DNA of 62,194 nucleotides, the filler included, from Chiloscyllium plagiosum (lineage: Eukaryota): NCBI RefSeq assembly GCF_004010195.1. It is 4 parts of one record of this genome, joined end to end, with 100 filler letters (N's around TTAATTAATTAA, not from the genome) between each part and the next. Parts side by side here need not be neighbours in the genome. Positions count along the whole stretch, not along the records: positions 24,097 to 55,348 come from NC_057714.1; positions 55,449 to 62,194 come from NC_057714.1; 2 more parts are not named here. One strand, 5' to 3'. Made by a program: the position numbers and the translations under genes. Positions within the stretch are counted from its first letter, which is position 1, and the number at the start of each line of letters is the position of its first letter. A model generated the notes under the pieces. The model had not been told where the DNA came from. It searched no databases and was given only the letters and a program-made list of their open reading frames with translations. Shown one piece after another: positions 46,030 to 58,959 of this stretch.

Positions 46030-48600
46030 AGTAAAAGGCTTGGACCCGAGCTTGATGGGGCAAAATTGGTTGCAAGAGATTCAGCGAGATTGACCCAACA
46101 TTTCTCAATTAGAAAATGGCTGCCTGAGTGAACTGCTAATGAAATACCTAGAAGTTCTCCAGGAAGCTGTAGGGACCAAAGGAACCGAGGCCACCTTGCA
46201 TGTTGACCAGGAAGCAATCCCATGACCCTGCAAGGCCTGCCCAGTGACATTTACCTTATGGGCAAAACTAGAAATCAGGAGGCTGGATAGTGAAGGAATC
46301 TTCAAACCAGTCCAGTTTGCGGAATGGGCAACACTGGTCATACCGATTGTGAAGCTCAGTGGCTTAGTTCCCTTTTGTTTGGAGTTTAAACAAACTGTAA
46401 ACCGTTTTTCACAGCTGGATAAACGGTCCAATCCCACATCCAGTCCTTCGCCTAGAGGATTTACTTGCATATCTGGCACTGGGGGCTGGGCTTGCAATTG
46501 TGGTCAGATGAGGATTCCCAGAAGAATGCTACATTTAATATCCATAAGGGTTTGTACCAATGTACGAGACTGCCACCTAGGGTATCATCAGCCTGTGCAA
46601 CTTTACAGCGAACAATGTAGAACATTTTGCAAGGTCTACCCCAGGTCACCATTTATCTAGATTACATACTAAAAATAGGGAAAACCAATAACGTACACTT
46701 AGAGAACTTGGACATAGTCCTGAGATGTTATTCCCAGGGCCTGTATGCCTTAGTAGGGAACAATGTGTGTTCCAGGCACCGCAAGTGACCTATTTGGGCT
46801 ACAGAGTCAGCAAGACTGGGTTACACACATTGGAAGATAAAGTGAGGGCGATCAAAGATGCGCCAGCTCCCACGCCTGTACCAGAGCTTCGGTCTTTCTT
46901 AGGGCTGGCTGGTGAATTATTATGGAAAGTTCAGGCATAACCTGGCCTCCATCCAGGCACCTTCGCATCAACGCTTCAGGAAGGGTCAGCCTTGGAAATG
47001 GTTGTGTAGCCAAGCCATAGCTTTCAGGGAAGTGAAGAAACAGCTAACCATCCTCTCAGGTGTCGGACACTATGATTCATTCCAAGCGAGAACTAGTATT
47101 AACGCGCAATGCCTCCCCGTATGGCAGCGGGCAGTATTAGCTCAATGGTGGCCTAATGGAGAGAAACAGTTATACATCCAGGACTTTGGCTAGTGGAGAG
47201 TATAAAGCCACCCCGATAGAAAAGGAAGGTTTGGAGGTCATAGTTGGAGACAGGAAGTTCCACCAATATCTTTACGGATGTAAATTTGTAATAGTAATGA
47301 ATTACAAACCTCTGCTAGACAAGAAGACAAGGCAGTACTGCTCAAAGCCGAATTCAGCCAGGGGGTTCTAATACAAAGTATGTATACTTACAAGTTGGAA
47401 CACTGCGTGGGAGGCCAAGTAGCAAACACTGATGCATTAAACTACTTCCCACTGGCAGATACACCCCCAATGGGACTGCCATTGGAAGGGTCCATATTGC
47501 TTTTAAATTTTCTAGACATACTTCCAATTACAGCTGACAAGATCAGGCTTTAGATGTGGTAAGATTATTGAAACAACTGGTGGTGATGGGAGAAATCCAA
47601 AGGTCTGTCACAACTAGAACTAAAATATTTTTGGACCCGGAGAGACCAGATCACAATAAAAGATGACATATTGTTACGGGGTACAAGAGTGATTATCCTC
47701 AGCAAGGGTCACTGCTAGATACTGGCTGAACTCCACCAGGATCATCCAGGGGCCTCCAAAATGAAGACGTTACTGAAAGGTTATGTCTGATGGCCAGGAT
47801 TGGATGCAGACGTAGCCACATTGGTGGGGCAGTACCCAGCGTGCTCCCTTATATTCTTGGGAATGGCCAGGTAAACCCTGGACTCAATTACACATTGACT
47901 GTGCCAGTCCTTTCATGGGCTCAATGTTCTGAGTCATTGTGGACACCCTCTCAGAGGCTGGACATGTATAGAGTTCATTTGTCAAACACTGGGATAGAAA
48001 AACTGTGCGCATCTTTTGCAAGACAGGGACTCCTGGACGTGTTGGTCACAGATAATGGGCTATCGTTTACCGGCAGGGAATTTGAGTATTCCCTAAAGTC
48101 AAATGGTATACATCATGTCAGGACAGCTCCATGTCATCCATCAGCCAATAGTCAATAGTCTGAACTTTGAAGGCAGGCTTAAAGAAGCAGCCTACATCTT
48201 CACGTGATACCAAACTGTCCTGATTTCTGTTTCATTATTGGGCAATTCCTCATGTGACTACAGTGATAGCTCCAGCAGAGTTGCTAATGGGGAGAAGACT
48301 TCGCGTGGCATTAAATCTGATCTTCCTGTACCTGGTGGGGGAGAGGGTGAAACAGCATCAGGAATGTCAATGCTAGACAGAAGGCTCTGCTAAACGAGAG
48401 GGACGGTTTACTTCAGGGGAACAAAGTTTGGTGTAGGAACCATGGGAATGGCCCTGCCTGGGTCAGAGGCGTGGTCAATGCGAGGTCAGGTCCAGTGATG
48501 GATAAAGTCCTGAACAAGCACGTGGACCATCTGAAAGTTACAAACTCGCAACCCGGGTAGGAGTGTAATGTGCCCAGCGGCTCAACTGCCTTTCCAAATG
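46030..48600 (+). mobile_element. Decayed Ty3/Gypsy pol (RT-RNaseH-IN)
   Basis: PVQFAEWATLVIPIVK..G; VTYLGY.VSKTGL; LRSFLGL; IEKEGL.VI; LVTDNG.SFT.REF..LKSNGIHHVRTAPCHPSAN; many stops; LTRs not identified. Confidence 0.85.
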
Positions 48601-49539
48601 TTCCAGAACCTAAACGTATCAACCTGGTGAAGCTACCAAACAGGACTACTCGCCGAACAACATAAGCAGCAAACGATAGACAGTGCTAAGCAATCCCTCA
48701 ACCAATGGATCAAATCTAAGCTTTGCAGTCCTGCCATATCTAGTCATGAATGGTGGTGGACAAATAAGCAACTCACTGGAGGAGGAGGGTCACAAATATC
48801 CCCATCCTCAATGATAGAAAAGTCCAATACATCAATGCAAAAGATGAGGCTGAAGCTTTCACAGCAATCTTCAGCCAGAAGCGCTGAGTGGATGATCCAT
48901 CTCAGCCTCCTGCAGTGGTCCCCAGCGTCACAGACACCAGTCTCCAGCCACTCCACGTGATATCAGGAAATGGGTGGAGACGCTGGATATTGCAAAGGTT
49001 GTGGGCCCTGATAACATTTTAGATTGAATTGAATGATTTATTGTTGCGTGTATTTTACAGTGAGAAAAACAGTAAAATACAGTGAAAAGCTTTTCCACTG
49101 TCGTCATGATCAGCGCCATTTTGAATGGTTTAAAAATAACAAACAATATAGAAAGGTGTAGCTTAAAGAGAGTGCATCAGTCCTGAGCCAGCTCATCATT
49201 AACGAAGCCTGGACTGCTATCCCTCCTCCACCATCTCGCCACCATCCACACCAAACCCACTAACATCAGAGTCACGTCTCTCACCGGGACCTACCTAATC
49301 GATGTCGCTTTGATATCCTTCTGCCACCACCTCACCGCCGTCAGCACCTGACCCAATTAACAATGAAGTCAGCGAACCTCAGGCAGCATGTTTCACCACT
49401 GGGCCTACCCTCACCACTGATTGAGATGCCAGGTCTCGTGCTCACCCTGGAAAAGTAATTAGCGGCACACTCATCACTGCCACGAGGAGTGTGCTGGGCC
49501 CAGTGAGTCCGTGCTGGGCCCAGTGAGTCTGTGCTGGGC

Positions 49540-50110
49540 AAAAATGAGGATTGCAGATGCTGGAGATCAGAGTCAAGATTAGAGTGGTGCTGGAAAAGCA
49601 CAGCAGGTCAGGCAGCATCTGAGGAGCAGGAAAATCAACGTTTTAGGCAAAACCCTTCATCAAGGATGTGGTTGGGAGCCTCGTGGTGGAGAGATAAATG
49701 GGGGGGAGAGGTGGGGCTGGGGAGAAGGGAGGGGAAATGAGGAAACTGGTGAAGTCCACATTGATGCCCTGGGATTGAAGTGTTCCGAGGCGAAAGATGA
49801 GACGTTCTTCCTCCAGGCGTCTGGTGGTGAGGGAGCGGCGGTGGAGGGGCACTCACCTGCCAATCTTCCTTCCCACCTATCCACTCCATCCTCCTCTCTG
49901 ACCTATCACCTTCATCCCCACCTCCATCCACCTTTTGTACTCTTGACTACCTTCTCCCCACCCCCAACCCTCTCCCATTTCTCTCTCCACGCTGGAGGCT
50001 CCCTGCCTCATTCCTGATGAAGGGCTTTTGCCTGAAACGTCAATTCTCCTGCTCCTCAGATGCTGCCTGACCTGCTGTGTTTTTCCAGCACCACTCTAAT
50101 CTTGACTCTG
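49540..50110. mobile_element. Penelope-like element, inverted head-to-head fragments
   Basis: RRLEEERLIFRLGTLQSQGINVDF on minus; inverted pseudo-LTR ends; CTGATGA..GAAAC at ~50014-50040. Confidence 0.8.
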
Positions 50111-50269
50111 AGACTGTGCTGCGGTTCCTCGTTGCTGCTGATGCTGTCCCAAACTCAGGATAAGAGGTAAGTTAAAAGGGAAAATATAGGAAAGAAAAGC
50201 AGTTGCAGTGGGAGAGCCCCAGCTCTGGAGCCCTACTGCACCAGCATCTTGATGACACCATCTGACTCC

Positions 50270-51470
50270 AATAATACTACTGAAATGCTCCAGAACTTGC
50301 CACTCCCCTGAGCCAAGCTGCTCCAGTGCAGTTACAGCACTGACATCTACGCAACAATGTGGAAACTTGCCTAGGTATGTCCCGTGCAGGACAAATCCAA
50401 CCCAGCCAATTACTATCAATCTCCTCTCAGTTAGCAGCAACGTGATGGACGGTGTCAGTAACAGAGCTATCAAGCAGCACCTGCTCAGCAATAACCTGCT
50501 CAGTGACCTGCCCAGTTTGGGTTCCCCCAGGGTCACTCAGCTCCTGATCTCATTCCAGCCTTGGGTCAAACATGGACAGATGAGCTGGATTCCAGAGGGG
50601 AGGGGAGAGGGACAGCCCTTAACATCAAGGCTGCATTAGATCGAGTGTGGCATCAAGGAGCCCTGGCAAAACTGGAATCAATGGGTATCAGGGGGCAAAC
50701 TCTCTGCTGTTTGGGGTCATACCTGGCACAGAGGAAGATGGTTGTGGTTTTTAGATTAGATTAGATTACATTACATTACAGTGTGGAAACAGGCCCTTCG
50801 GCCCAACAAGTCCACACCGACCCGCCGAAGCGCAACCCACCCATACCCCTACATTTACCCCTTTAACCTAACACTACGGGCAATTTAGCATGGCCAATTC
50901 ACCTGACCCGCACATCTTTGGACTGTGGGAGGAAACCGGAGCACCCGGAGGAAACCCACGCAGACACGGGGAGAATGTGCAAACTCCACACAGTCAGTCA
51001 CCTGAGTCGGGAATTGAACCCAGGTCTCTGGCGCTGCGAGGCTGCAGTGCTAACCACTGTGCCACCGTGCCGCCCACTAGGGTCAGTCATCTCAGCTCCA
51101 GGACATCTCTGCAGGAGTCCCTCAGGGTAGTGTCCTAGATCCAACCATCTTCAGCTGCTTCATCAATGACCTTCCCTCCGTCATAAGGTCAGACGTGGGA
51201 ATACTCGTTGGTGATTGCACAATGTTAGCACCATTTGCAACTCCTCAGATACCGAAGCAGTCTGTGCTCAAATGCAACAAGATTTGGATGATATCCAAGC
51301 TTGAGCTGACAAGTGGAAAGTAACATTTATGCCACACAGATGCTGGGTACTGACCATTTCCAATAAGAGTGAATCTAAACACTACCCCTTGACATTCAAT
51401 GATGTACCATTATTGAAACCCCCACTATCAACATCCTGGGAATTATCATTGACAAGAAACTCAACTGGAT
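50270..51470 (+). mobile_element. LINE RT fragment (AAFDRVWHQG family) with nested minus-strand HE1 SINE (~50751-51077)
   Basis: ALNIKAALDRVWHQGALAKLES; SINE consensus inside. Confidence 0.82.
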
Positions 51471-53789
51471 TCCTCGCAAAGGCTGCTATGTTTGTAGATG
51501 ATACACTACGGACTACAACTGCTTTAAACTCAAGTTCCTTTTGTCCTGAAAGTCTCTAGAGCTAAAGCTGGAAACCTGGTCCAACTGTATTCCATAGAAT
51601 CCTGCGATACAGAAGAAACCTTGTAGCGTCTCTCGTCTGTTCCTCTAGATAGATTGGTAGTCCATATGAGCAAACAATTGAGATAGGTTTTCTGAGACTA
51701 TACTAATTGTAACTGCCCTCAAAGGAAAGTTTTGTTGTCATCATGGGTCAGAACTCTGAAGTAGAGTGGACATTTTTAAATTTCATTCCAAAGTATGTTT
51801 CTTAGGAGAAAGCAAATGCAGTATAAAATGAATGCAGGTTAACTGGCTGTCCGGAGAGAGAAAGGGACCCATGGAATGTCTTATACCTACAGATACAAAA
51901 GGCATTTAAAATAACATCTTATAATTGGAGGAAGAGGCAAGTCAAAATGGACTCTTGTGACTACCAGGACGACAAAGAGCTGACAAGCCCATGCTCAACA
52001 AAGAAACAGCTCCTTCAGATTATGTTCAGAACTGGAAACACTCTTCATGCTTTTCGTTTTGGAGAAGACACAAGTCAGAATTTAAAAAGCCATTCTCAAC
52101 TCTCCAGGAGTGTACTGGTGGGACTAAATGTTCTTCTGTATACCAGATTGAGTTTGAGAATCAGCATTGCTGTGAAGGTCACAGTGAAGACCTGTCCCCA
52201 GTTATCGCATTAATGCTAGTAAATGCCACTCAAACTGGTGCAAACCAGTTATAAAGGAATCAGGACAACAAAAAGACTTTCTTTCTATGGATGCTGGAAT
52301 TCAATCAACATGGAAAACAATTAAAACTACAGAATCTCAACCAATCTGTAAAACTAAGGATTGCAAAACTGACTGTTAACTACCAAGGTCAACACTCTTG
52401 GTAACCTTGGCAACAGTCAATACAACTACCTGCAAATAATTCAGAAATTGAACCCTAGGTCTGTTTATTTTTAACTTTTATCATTTTGGATTGACCTCTT
52501 GTGTCTACTGTGTGTGCATGTGTGTTGTTTCAGTGTTACTTCTTATCTGGAATAGTTAGTAAACTCAGTCTTTTGATTGAATTGGCTCCTCTAAAAACAT
52601 ACATTTATTAGGTCTGGGGGAAATGTATTGACAAGGGAAAGGATCTGTTTTTAAATTAACTTTGTTATATCCAACCAGAGAGATGGGTGAATAAAGTTTG
52701 GAAACAGGTAATTCCTCCTCATCCAGATATTTAACAATTTGGATATCCCATCTGGAATTATAATTGATTAGAGTTTGGGCAAAATATTGGAAATTGGGTT
52801 GATATATCCCTAGCTGTAAGGATATAATCATTCTTCTGATGGTCCTACAGAATATACTAAGAGTGGACTGAATGCTTCTTTGAAAGCTGGGATGGCTAGT
52901 AAAGGAAGGCAAAAGTGAGAACTGCAGATGCTGGAAATCAGAGTCTAGATTGGAGTGTTGCTGGAAAAGCCCAGCAGGTCAGGCAGCATCCGAGGAGCAG
53001 GAAAATTGATGTTTCGGGCAAAAGCCCTTCACGAGGAATGAAGGCAGGGACCCTCTGGGGTGGAGAGATAAATGGGAGGGGGCTGGGGCGGTGGAGAAGG
53101 TAGCCAAGAGCACAATAGGTGGTTGGGGGTGGGGATGAAGGTGATAGGTCAGCGAGGAGGTTGGAGTGGTTAGGTGGGAAGGAAGATTGGCAGGTAGGAC
53201 AGGTCATGCAAGCACTGAGGAAGCAGATGTGGGCTGTGGTAGCAAGTCTGTTTCAGGACATGTTTGGAGAGCTTGCTCCTCGGATGCTGTCTGACCAGGT
53301 TATAGTCCCAACTGGTTTATTTGAAATCACAAGCTTTTGCAGTCACCTGATGGAGTTGTGCTCCGAAAACTTGTGTCTCCACATAAACCTGTTGGATTAC
53401 AACCTGGTGTTGTGTGACTTCGGACTTGGTATTTATGTGGCATATGGAGTTCCTATGACACAATTTGTGCCAGTCACGATATCTGGGTGGTCTACTATTT
53501 GATGAACAGTTATTTACTCTTCATCTGCAGGTCTGTGAGGATGTCTTCATTTCCTGATCTGAATGCCAATTTTAACATATTCAAGAACTTGCTCAACCTG
53601 TACCACTGCTGCTATGCGCACTCATTGTGTTAAATTGCTTCATCAGGATTTGCTTCCTGAACCTCGATTAACGAAGACATGAGAAACTCCTCTTTTGAAT
53701 TACCCTCTTCGTTTATTGAGTTTCAGCTACTCTCACATCTGTTTGTTGTAGTGCAGTAACCTCTGGTGATGGACTGTATTTAGCTATTG

Positions 53790-54345
53790 CTTTGGTCACC
53801 CCACACAATAGAAAATGCTGCAGCTGTAGAAAACTCTGGTGCAGCCGCACTTGGAGTATTATGTACAGTTCTGGTCACCACATTATAGGAAGGAGGTGGA
53901 AGCTTTGGATGTCGTCCAGTATGGAGGGAAGGTCTTATGAGGAAAGGCTGAGGGACTTGAGGCTGTTTTTGTGAGAGAGAAGAAGGTTAAGAGGTGACTT
54001 AATTAAGACATATGATAATCAGAGGGTTAGATAGGGTGGACAGGGAGAGCCTTTTTCCTCGGATGGTGATGGCTAGCACAAGGGGACATAGCTTTAAATT
54101 GAGGGGTGATAGATATAGGACAGATGTCAGAGGTAGTTTCTTGACTCAGAGAGTAGTAGGGGCGTGGGACACACAGCCTGCAACAGTTGTAGACTCGCCA
54201 ACTTTAAGGGCATTTAAATGGTCATTGGATAGGCATATGGACGAGAATGGAACAGTGTAGGTTAGATAGGCTTCAGATTGATTTCACAGGTCGGCGCAAC
54301 ATCGAGGGCTGAAGGGCCTGTACTGCGCTGGAATGTTCTGTATTC
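53790..54345 (+). mobile_element. CR1-type LINE 3' end
   Basis: IIRGLDRVDRESLFPRMVMASTRGHSFKL. Confidence 0.85.
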
Positions 54346-54604
54346 TAAAAATACCTGGAACCCAGAACCATGCCATCTCCTTTACCTCACTCGAATTTTC
54401 TTGACAATAGTGGATCTAATATCTTCACTTTCATCATATCACTCTTACCCACTGACTGATGGAATTCTGGGCATTAAGACCCATTCTGAGTGCAATTTGT
54501 ACAAAGGAATGGCAATATGCTGTCCACACAATCTTTTTATTAAAATTTGCATTGAATGTGCTCTATGGAGGGAAAACCCCTTTTCCATCAAGAATGTGTG
54601 CAAG

Positions 54605-54914
54605 TGGGCGGCACGGTGGCACAGTGGTTAGCACTGCTGCCTCACAGCGCCAGAGACCCAGGTTCAATTCCCATCTCAGGCGACTGACTGTGTGGAGTTT
54701 GCATGTTCTCCCCGTGTCTGCGTGGGTTTCCTCCGGGTGCTCCGGTTTCCTCCCACAATCCAAAGATGTGCAGGGTCAGGTGAATTGGCCATGCTAGTAG
54801 TGTTAGGTGAAGGGGTAGGTGTAAGGGAATAGGTCTGGGTGGGTTGCACTTCGGCGGGTTGGTGTGGACTTCTTGGGCTGAAGGGCCTGTTTCCACATTG
54901 TAAGTAATCTAATC
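54605..54914 (+). mobile_element. HE1-type SINE
   Basis: Consensus head, core and tail. Confidence 0.9.
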
Positions 54915-55448
54915 AAGCTCCTGTGTACCTGACGTTAGTACAGTAATGGGTTATGCTGTATGATTTGAAGTGAGAGGGATTACCTTGCGTGTTGACAGAA
55001 ATGTACTCCCATCTTTCCTCTTCCTCACTCCCACACCTGCACACTCTCAGTATGGTGTACCCCCAGCTTCCTGGCTTGAGATTGAGCTACAATCTGATGG
55101 TCATTGATCGTGTTTGGCTGAGTTTGTCTTTTTTTGGGAGGTGGGAGATTCAGGATTTGTGAAGGAAGGACTTTGGGATTTTCTGTTTTGGTGGGGGTTA
55201 GAGTTTAGCATTTAGGTTCTTGTGGGGTTTTGGGATATTGTTTTGTTTTTGTAGCAAGGCAGATGATGAGATTTTATTTTTCAAGTGGATTTTGGGATGA
55301 GGGGTGTGGGCATTGAGATGTGGAGGTTGGGTGTTTTTTGGGATGTGGNNNNNNNNNNNNNNNNNNNNNNNNNNNNNNNNNNNNNNNNNNNNTTAATTAA
55401 TTAANNNNNNNNNNNNNNNNNNNNNNNNNNNNNNNNNNNNNNNNNNNN

Positions 55449-55765
55449 CACTGACCCTCCAACAGTGCGGAACTCCCTCAGCACTGACCCTCCGACAGTG
55501 CGACACTCCCTCAGCACTGACTCTCCGACAGTGCGGAACTCCCTCAGCACTGACCCTCCGACAGTGCGGCACTCCCTCAGCACTGACCCTCCTCCGACAG
55601 TGCGGCACTCCCTCAGCACTGACCCTCCGACAGTGCGGCACTCCCTCAGCATTGACCCTCCGACAGTGCCCACTCCCTCAGCACTGACCCTCCAACAGTG
55701 TGGGACTCCCTCAACAATGACTCTCTAACAGTGCGGGACTCCCTCAGCACTGACCTTCTGACACT
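55449..55765 (-). repeat. 33-bp minisatellite, same family as 4520-5102, opposite orientation
   Basis: Tandem CACTGACCCTCCGACAGTGCGGCACTCCCTCAG. Confidence 0.92.
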
Positions 55766-55939
55766 CTTATCAGTATCATCGCTGTTTCATGTTAATAACT
55801 CCACAGTATTGTACTGTGACTGACAGTTAATCTTGAGACTGTATGAATTTGAAGAGAAATTGTGCATTTCTTGAAACCATTCTCCAAATATCCACAAGAT
55901 GGCAATACACCTCAATATATTTGGAATCCATGTTGAAGT

Positions 55940-57460
55940 CATGAATTGGGTTTAGCCCTGGGTCAATGGGGAGTGCAGGAGGGCATGCCAGGAGCAGCAC
56001 CAGACATTCCTGAAGATGAGGTGTCAGCCTGGTGAGGCTTCCAAACAGGAGTACTTGCGTGTCAAACAGCATTAGCAGCAAGTGGTAGTCAGAGCTAAGC
56101 AATCCCACCACCAATGGATCAGATCTGCGGTCCTGTCACATCCAGTAGTGACTGTGGTGAACAATTAAATAGCTCACTGGAGGAGGAGGGGGCTTCACAA
56201 ATCTCCCCCTCCTCAATGATGGAGGAGCCCAGCACATCAGGGCTAAAGATAAGGCTGAACCTTTCACAACAATCTCCAGCCAGAAGCGCTGAGTGGATGA
56301 TCCATCTCAGCCTCCTGCACTGGTCCCCAGCGTCACAGACACCAGTCTCCAGCCAATTCGATTCCCTCCACATGATATCAAGGAACTGGTGGAGACACTG
56401 GATACTGCAGAGGCTATGGGCCCTGACAACATTCCAGCAATAGTACTGAAGACGTGTGCTCCAGAACTTGCCGCTCTGTTAGCCAAGCTGTTCCAGTACA
56501 GTTACAACCCTGGCATCTCGAGCTGAATTCCAGAGGAGAGGGGAATCCATCAAGGCTGGATTTGACCGAGTGTGGCATCAAGGAGCCCTGGCAAAACTGG
56601 ACTCACTGGGTGTCAGGGGGCAAGCACTCCGCTGGTTCGAGTCATACCTGACACAAAGGAAGATGGTTGTGGTTGTGGAGGGTCTGTCATCTCAGCTCCA
56701 GGGCATCTCTGTAGGGGTCCCTCAGGGTAGTGTCCTAGGCCCAACCATCTTCAGTTGCTTCATCAATGACCTTCCCTCTGCCATAAGGTCAGCGGTGGGG
56801 ATGCTCGCTGATGATTGCACAGAGTTTAGCCCCATTCGCAACTCCTCAGATACTGAAGCAGCCCGTGCCCAAATACAACAGGATCTGGACAGTATCCAGG
56901 CTTGGGCTGACAAGTGACAAGTAAGATTCGTGCCACACAAATACCAGGCTATGACCATCTCCAATTAAAGATAATCTAACCACCACTCCTTGACATTCAA
57001 TGGTGTTACCATCACTGAATCCCCCACTATCAACATCCTGAGGGTGACCAGTGGCCAGACACTCACTTGAACTCACCACATAAACACAGCGACTACAAGA
57101 GCAGGTCAGAGGCTGGGAATCCTGCAGCGAGTAACTCCCCTCCTGACACCCCAAAGCCTGTCCACCATCTACAAGGGACAAGGCAGGAGGGTGATGGAAT
57201 GCTGTCAAGAGTGTGGTTGTAGAAAAACACAACAGGTCAGGCAGAATCCGAGGAGCAGGAGAATCAATGTTTCGGGCATAAGCCCTTCATCAGGAAATGT
57301 GATGGAATACTCCCCACTTGCCCTGGATGGGGGCAGCTCCAACAAACACTCAAGAAGCTCAACACCATCCAGGACAAAGCAGCCGCTTGATTGGCACCAC
57401 ATCCACAAACACCCACTCCCTCCCCCACCGACACACAATCGCAGCAATGTATACAATCAG
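55940..57460 (+). mobile_element. LINE ORF2 remnant (AAFDRVWHQG family) with internal deletion
   Basis: [46 protein letters not shown]. Confidence 0.85.
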
Positions 57461-57599
57461 GAGACACAGGAGCAAAAGTAGTCCATTCAGCCCTTCAGAC
57501 TGCTGCACCATGAATTAAGAGCATGGCTTTTGAGTATGTGACCCTCTCCTCCAGTTTGTTTCCTATCCCCCATCAGTTTTCAGCTTCCTTGCAGGACAA

Positions 57600-58420
57600 T
57601 ACCTGTCTAACAGACACTCACACACCCTTACAGACACACACTGCCACACTCACACACCCTTACAGACACACCCTTACACACTCACACACCCTTACAGACA
57701 CACACTGCCACACTCACACACCCTTACAGACACACATTCACACACCCTTACACACACTCTCACACACCCATACAGACACACACTCTCACACTCACACACC
57801 CTTACTGACACACACTCACACATGCATCCTCTCACTGACTTAGACCACTCTACATACACTCACACACACACATATACACTCTCTCTCTCACACTCACAAC
57901 CCCCCACCCCAGACAGGCACACACACACAAACCCACATGCACACATGTATACATACGTTTGTGGGGTGAATTTGTACTTGCAGAGTTACATTGTACTTTG
58001 ATCAAAAACTGCATGAATTCATGTAAGACTCTGTTAACTCACTTTTTACATTAGAATCAGTCTGAACATTATGGCACAGACAGAGAACACAGGGGGCTAA
58101 CACCTTCAATGTACTGTCTAGCTAACACCAATTGTTACAGTTAACCTGAGAATGTAACTTTTAAAAAAAAGTTTTGTGATTTACACATGAAAAGTGAAAC
58201 TATCATGGTATTCGAACAGATGAAAGACTCAACCAACAATCAAGGAACTTTTCAATGTATAATTTCAGCTACATTACACTGTAAACTCTTGCTATAAATT
58301 CTGTGCCTTACAATTGTGTACACCACAACCACCTGATGAAGGAGCAGTGCTCCAAAAGCCAGTGCTTCCAATTAAACCTGTTGGACTATAACCTCGTATT
58401 GTGTGATTTGTAACTTTGTC
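57600..58420 (+). mobile_element. Penelope-like 3' region with CA-rich microsatellite
   Basis: Reverse counterpart of 18935-19610; decayed hammerhead core near 58333. Confidence 0.7.
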
Positions 58421-58959
58421 TAACTGAGGACTGACTGTCTTCAGTGACCCAGTCTGCACTGCTCATTGGGCAGGAGGATTCAAACCACATTTCACCTTTC
58501 GCTACCCCCCCTCCTCCACCTCCAGCTCTGTCTTCCATTTGAGAGCCCTCATTTTGTAACTGTGTCCCTTTGTTCTCAGCACACCCAAACCATGGAACAT
58601 TCTCTGAGCATGACCCTTCTGCACTCCCTCAGGTCTGCATAAGATCGCCTCCTGCTCATTTAAACTCCAATAGATACAGGCCCAGCCCATCCCCATTCAC
58701 TTCACCCTGGGATTCTGTCAAGTGAACCACCCACCAACTGCTTCAAACATATTGACATCCTGCCTTCAAGAAACAGACGGTAACTGTACCAGATGTGTCC
58801 TCTGTAATCCCCTGAATAATTGAAAGGAGGGAGCAAAACCAGAGAGACAGATAGAGAGAAGAACCAAGAGGAAGAAAAGAAAGAGAAGGGGCTGGACCCG
58901 AGAGGGAATGAAGATAGTGATTGAGAGAAAGTGAAGGAGAAGGAGAAAGACAGGGACAG

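Noticed and set aside
51600..52720. Possible solo LTR (also 1860-2190)
   Set aside because: Only a general resemblance; no paired copy, clear termini or TSD found.
15864..55404. TTAATTAATTAA embedded in N runs (15864, 24041, 55393)
   Set aside because: Identical all-frame-stop spacer inside gaps; a scaffolding artefact. True gap sizes are unknown.
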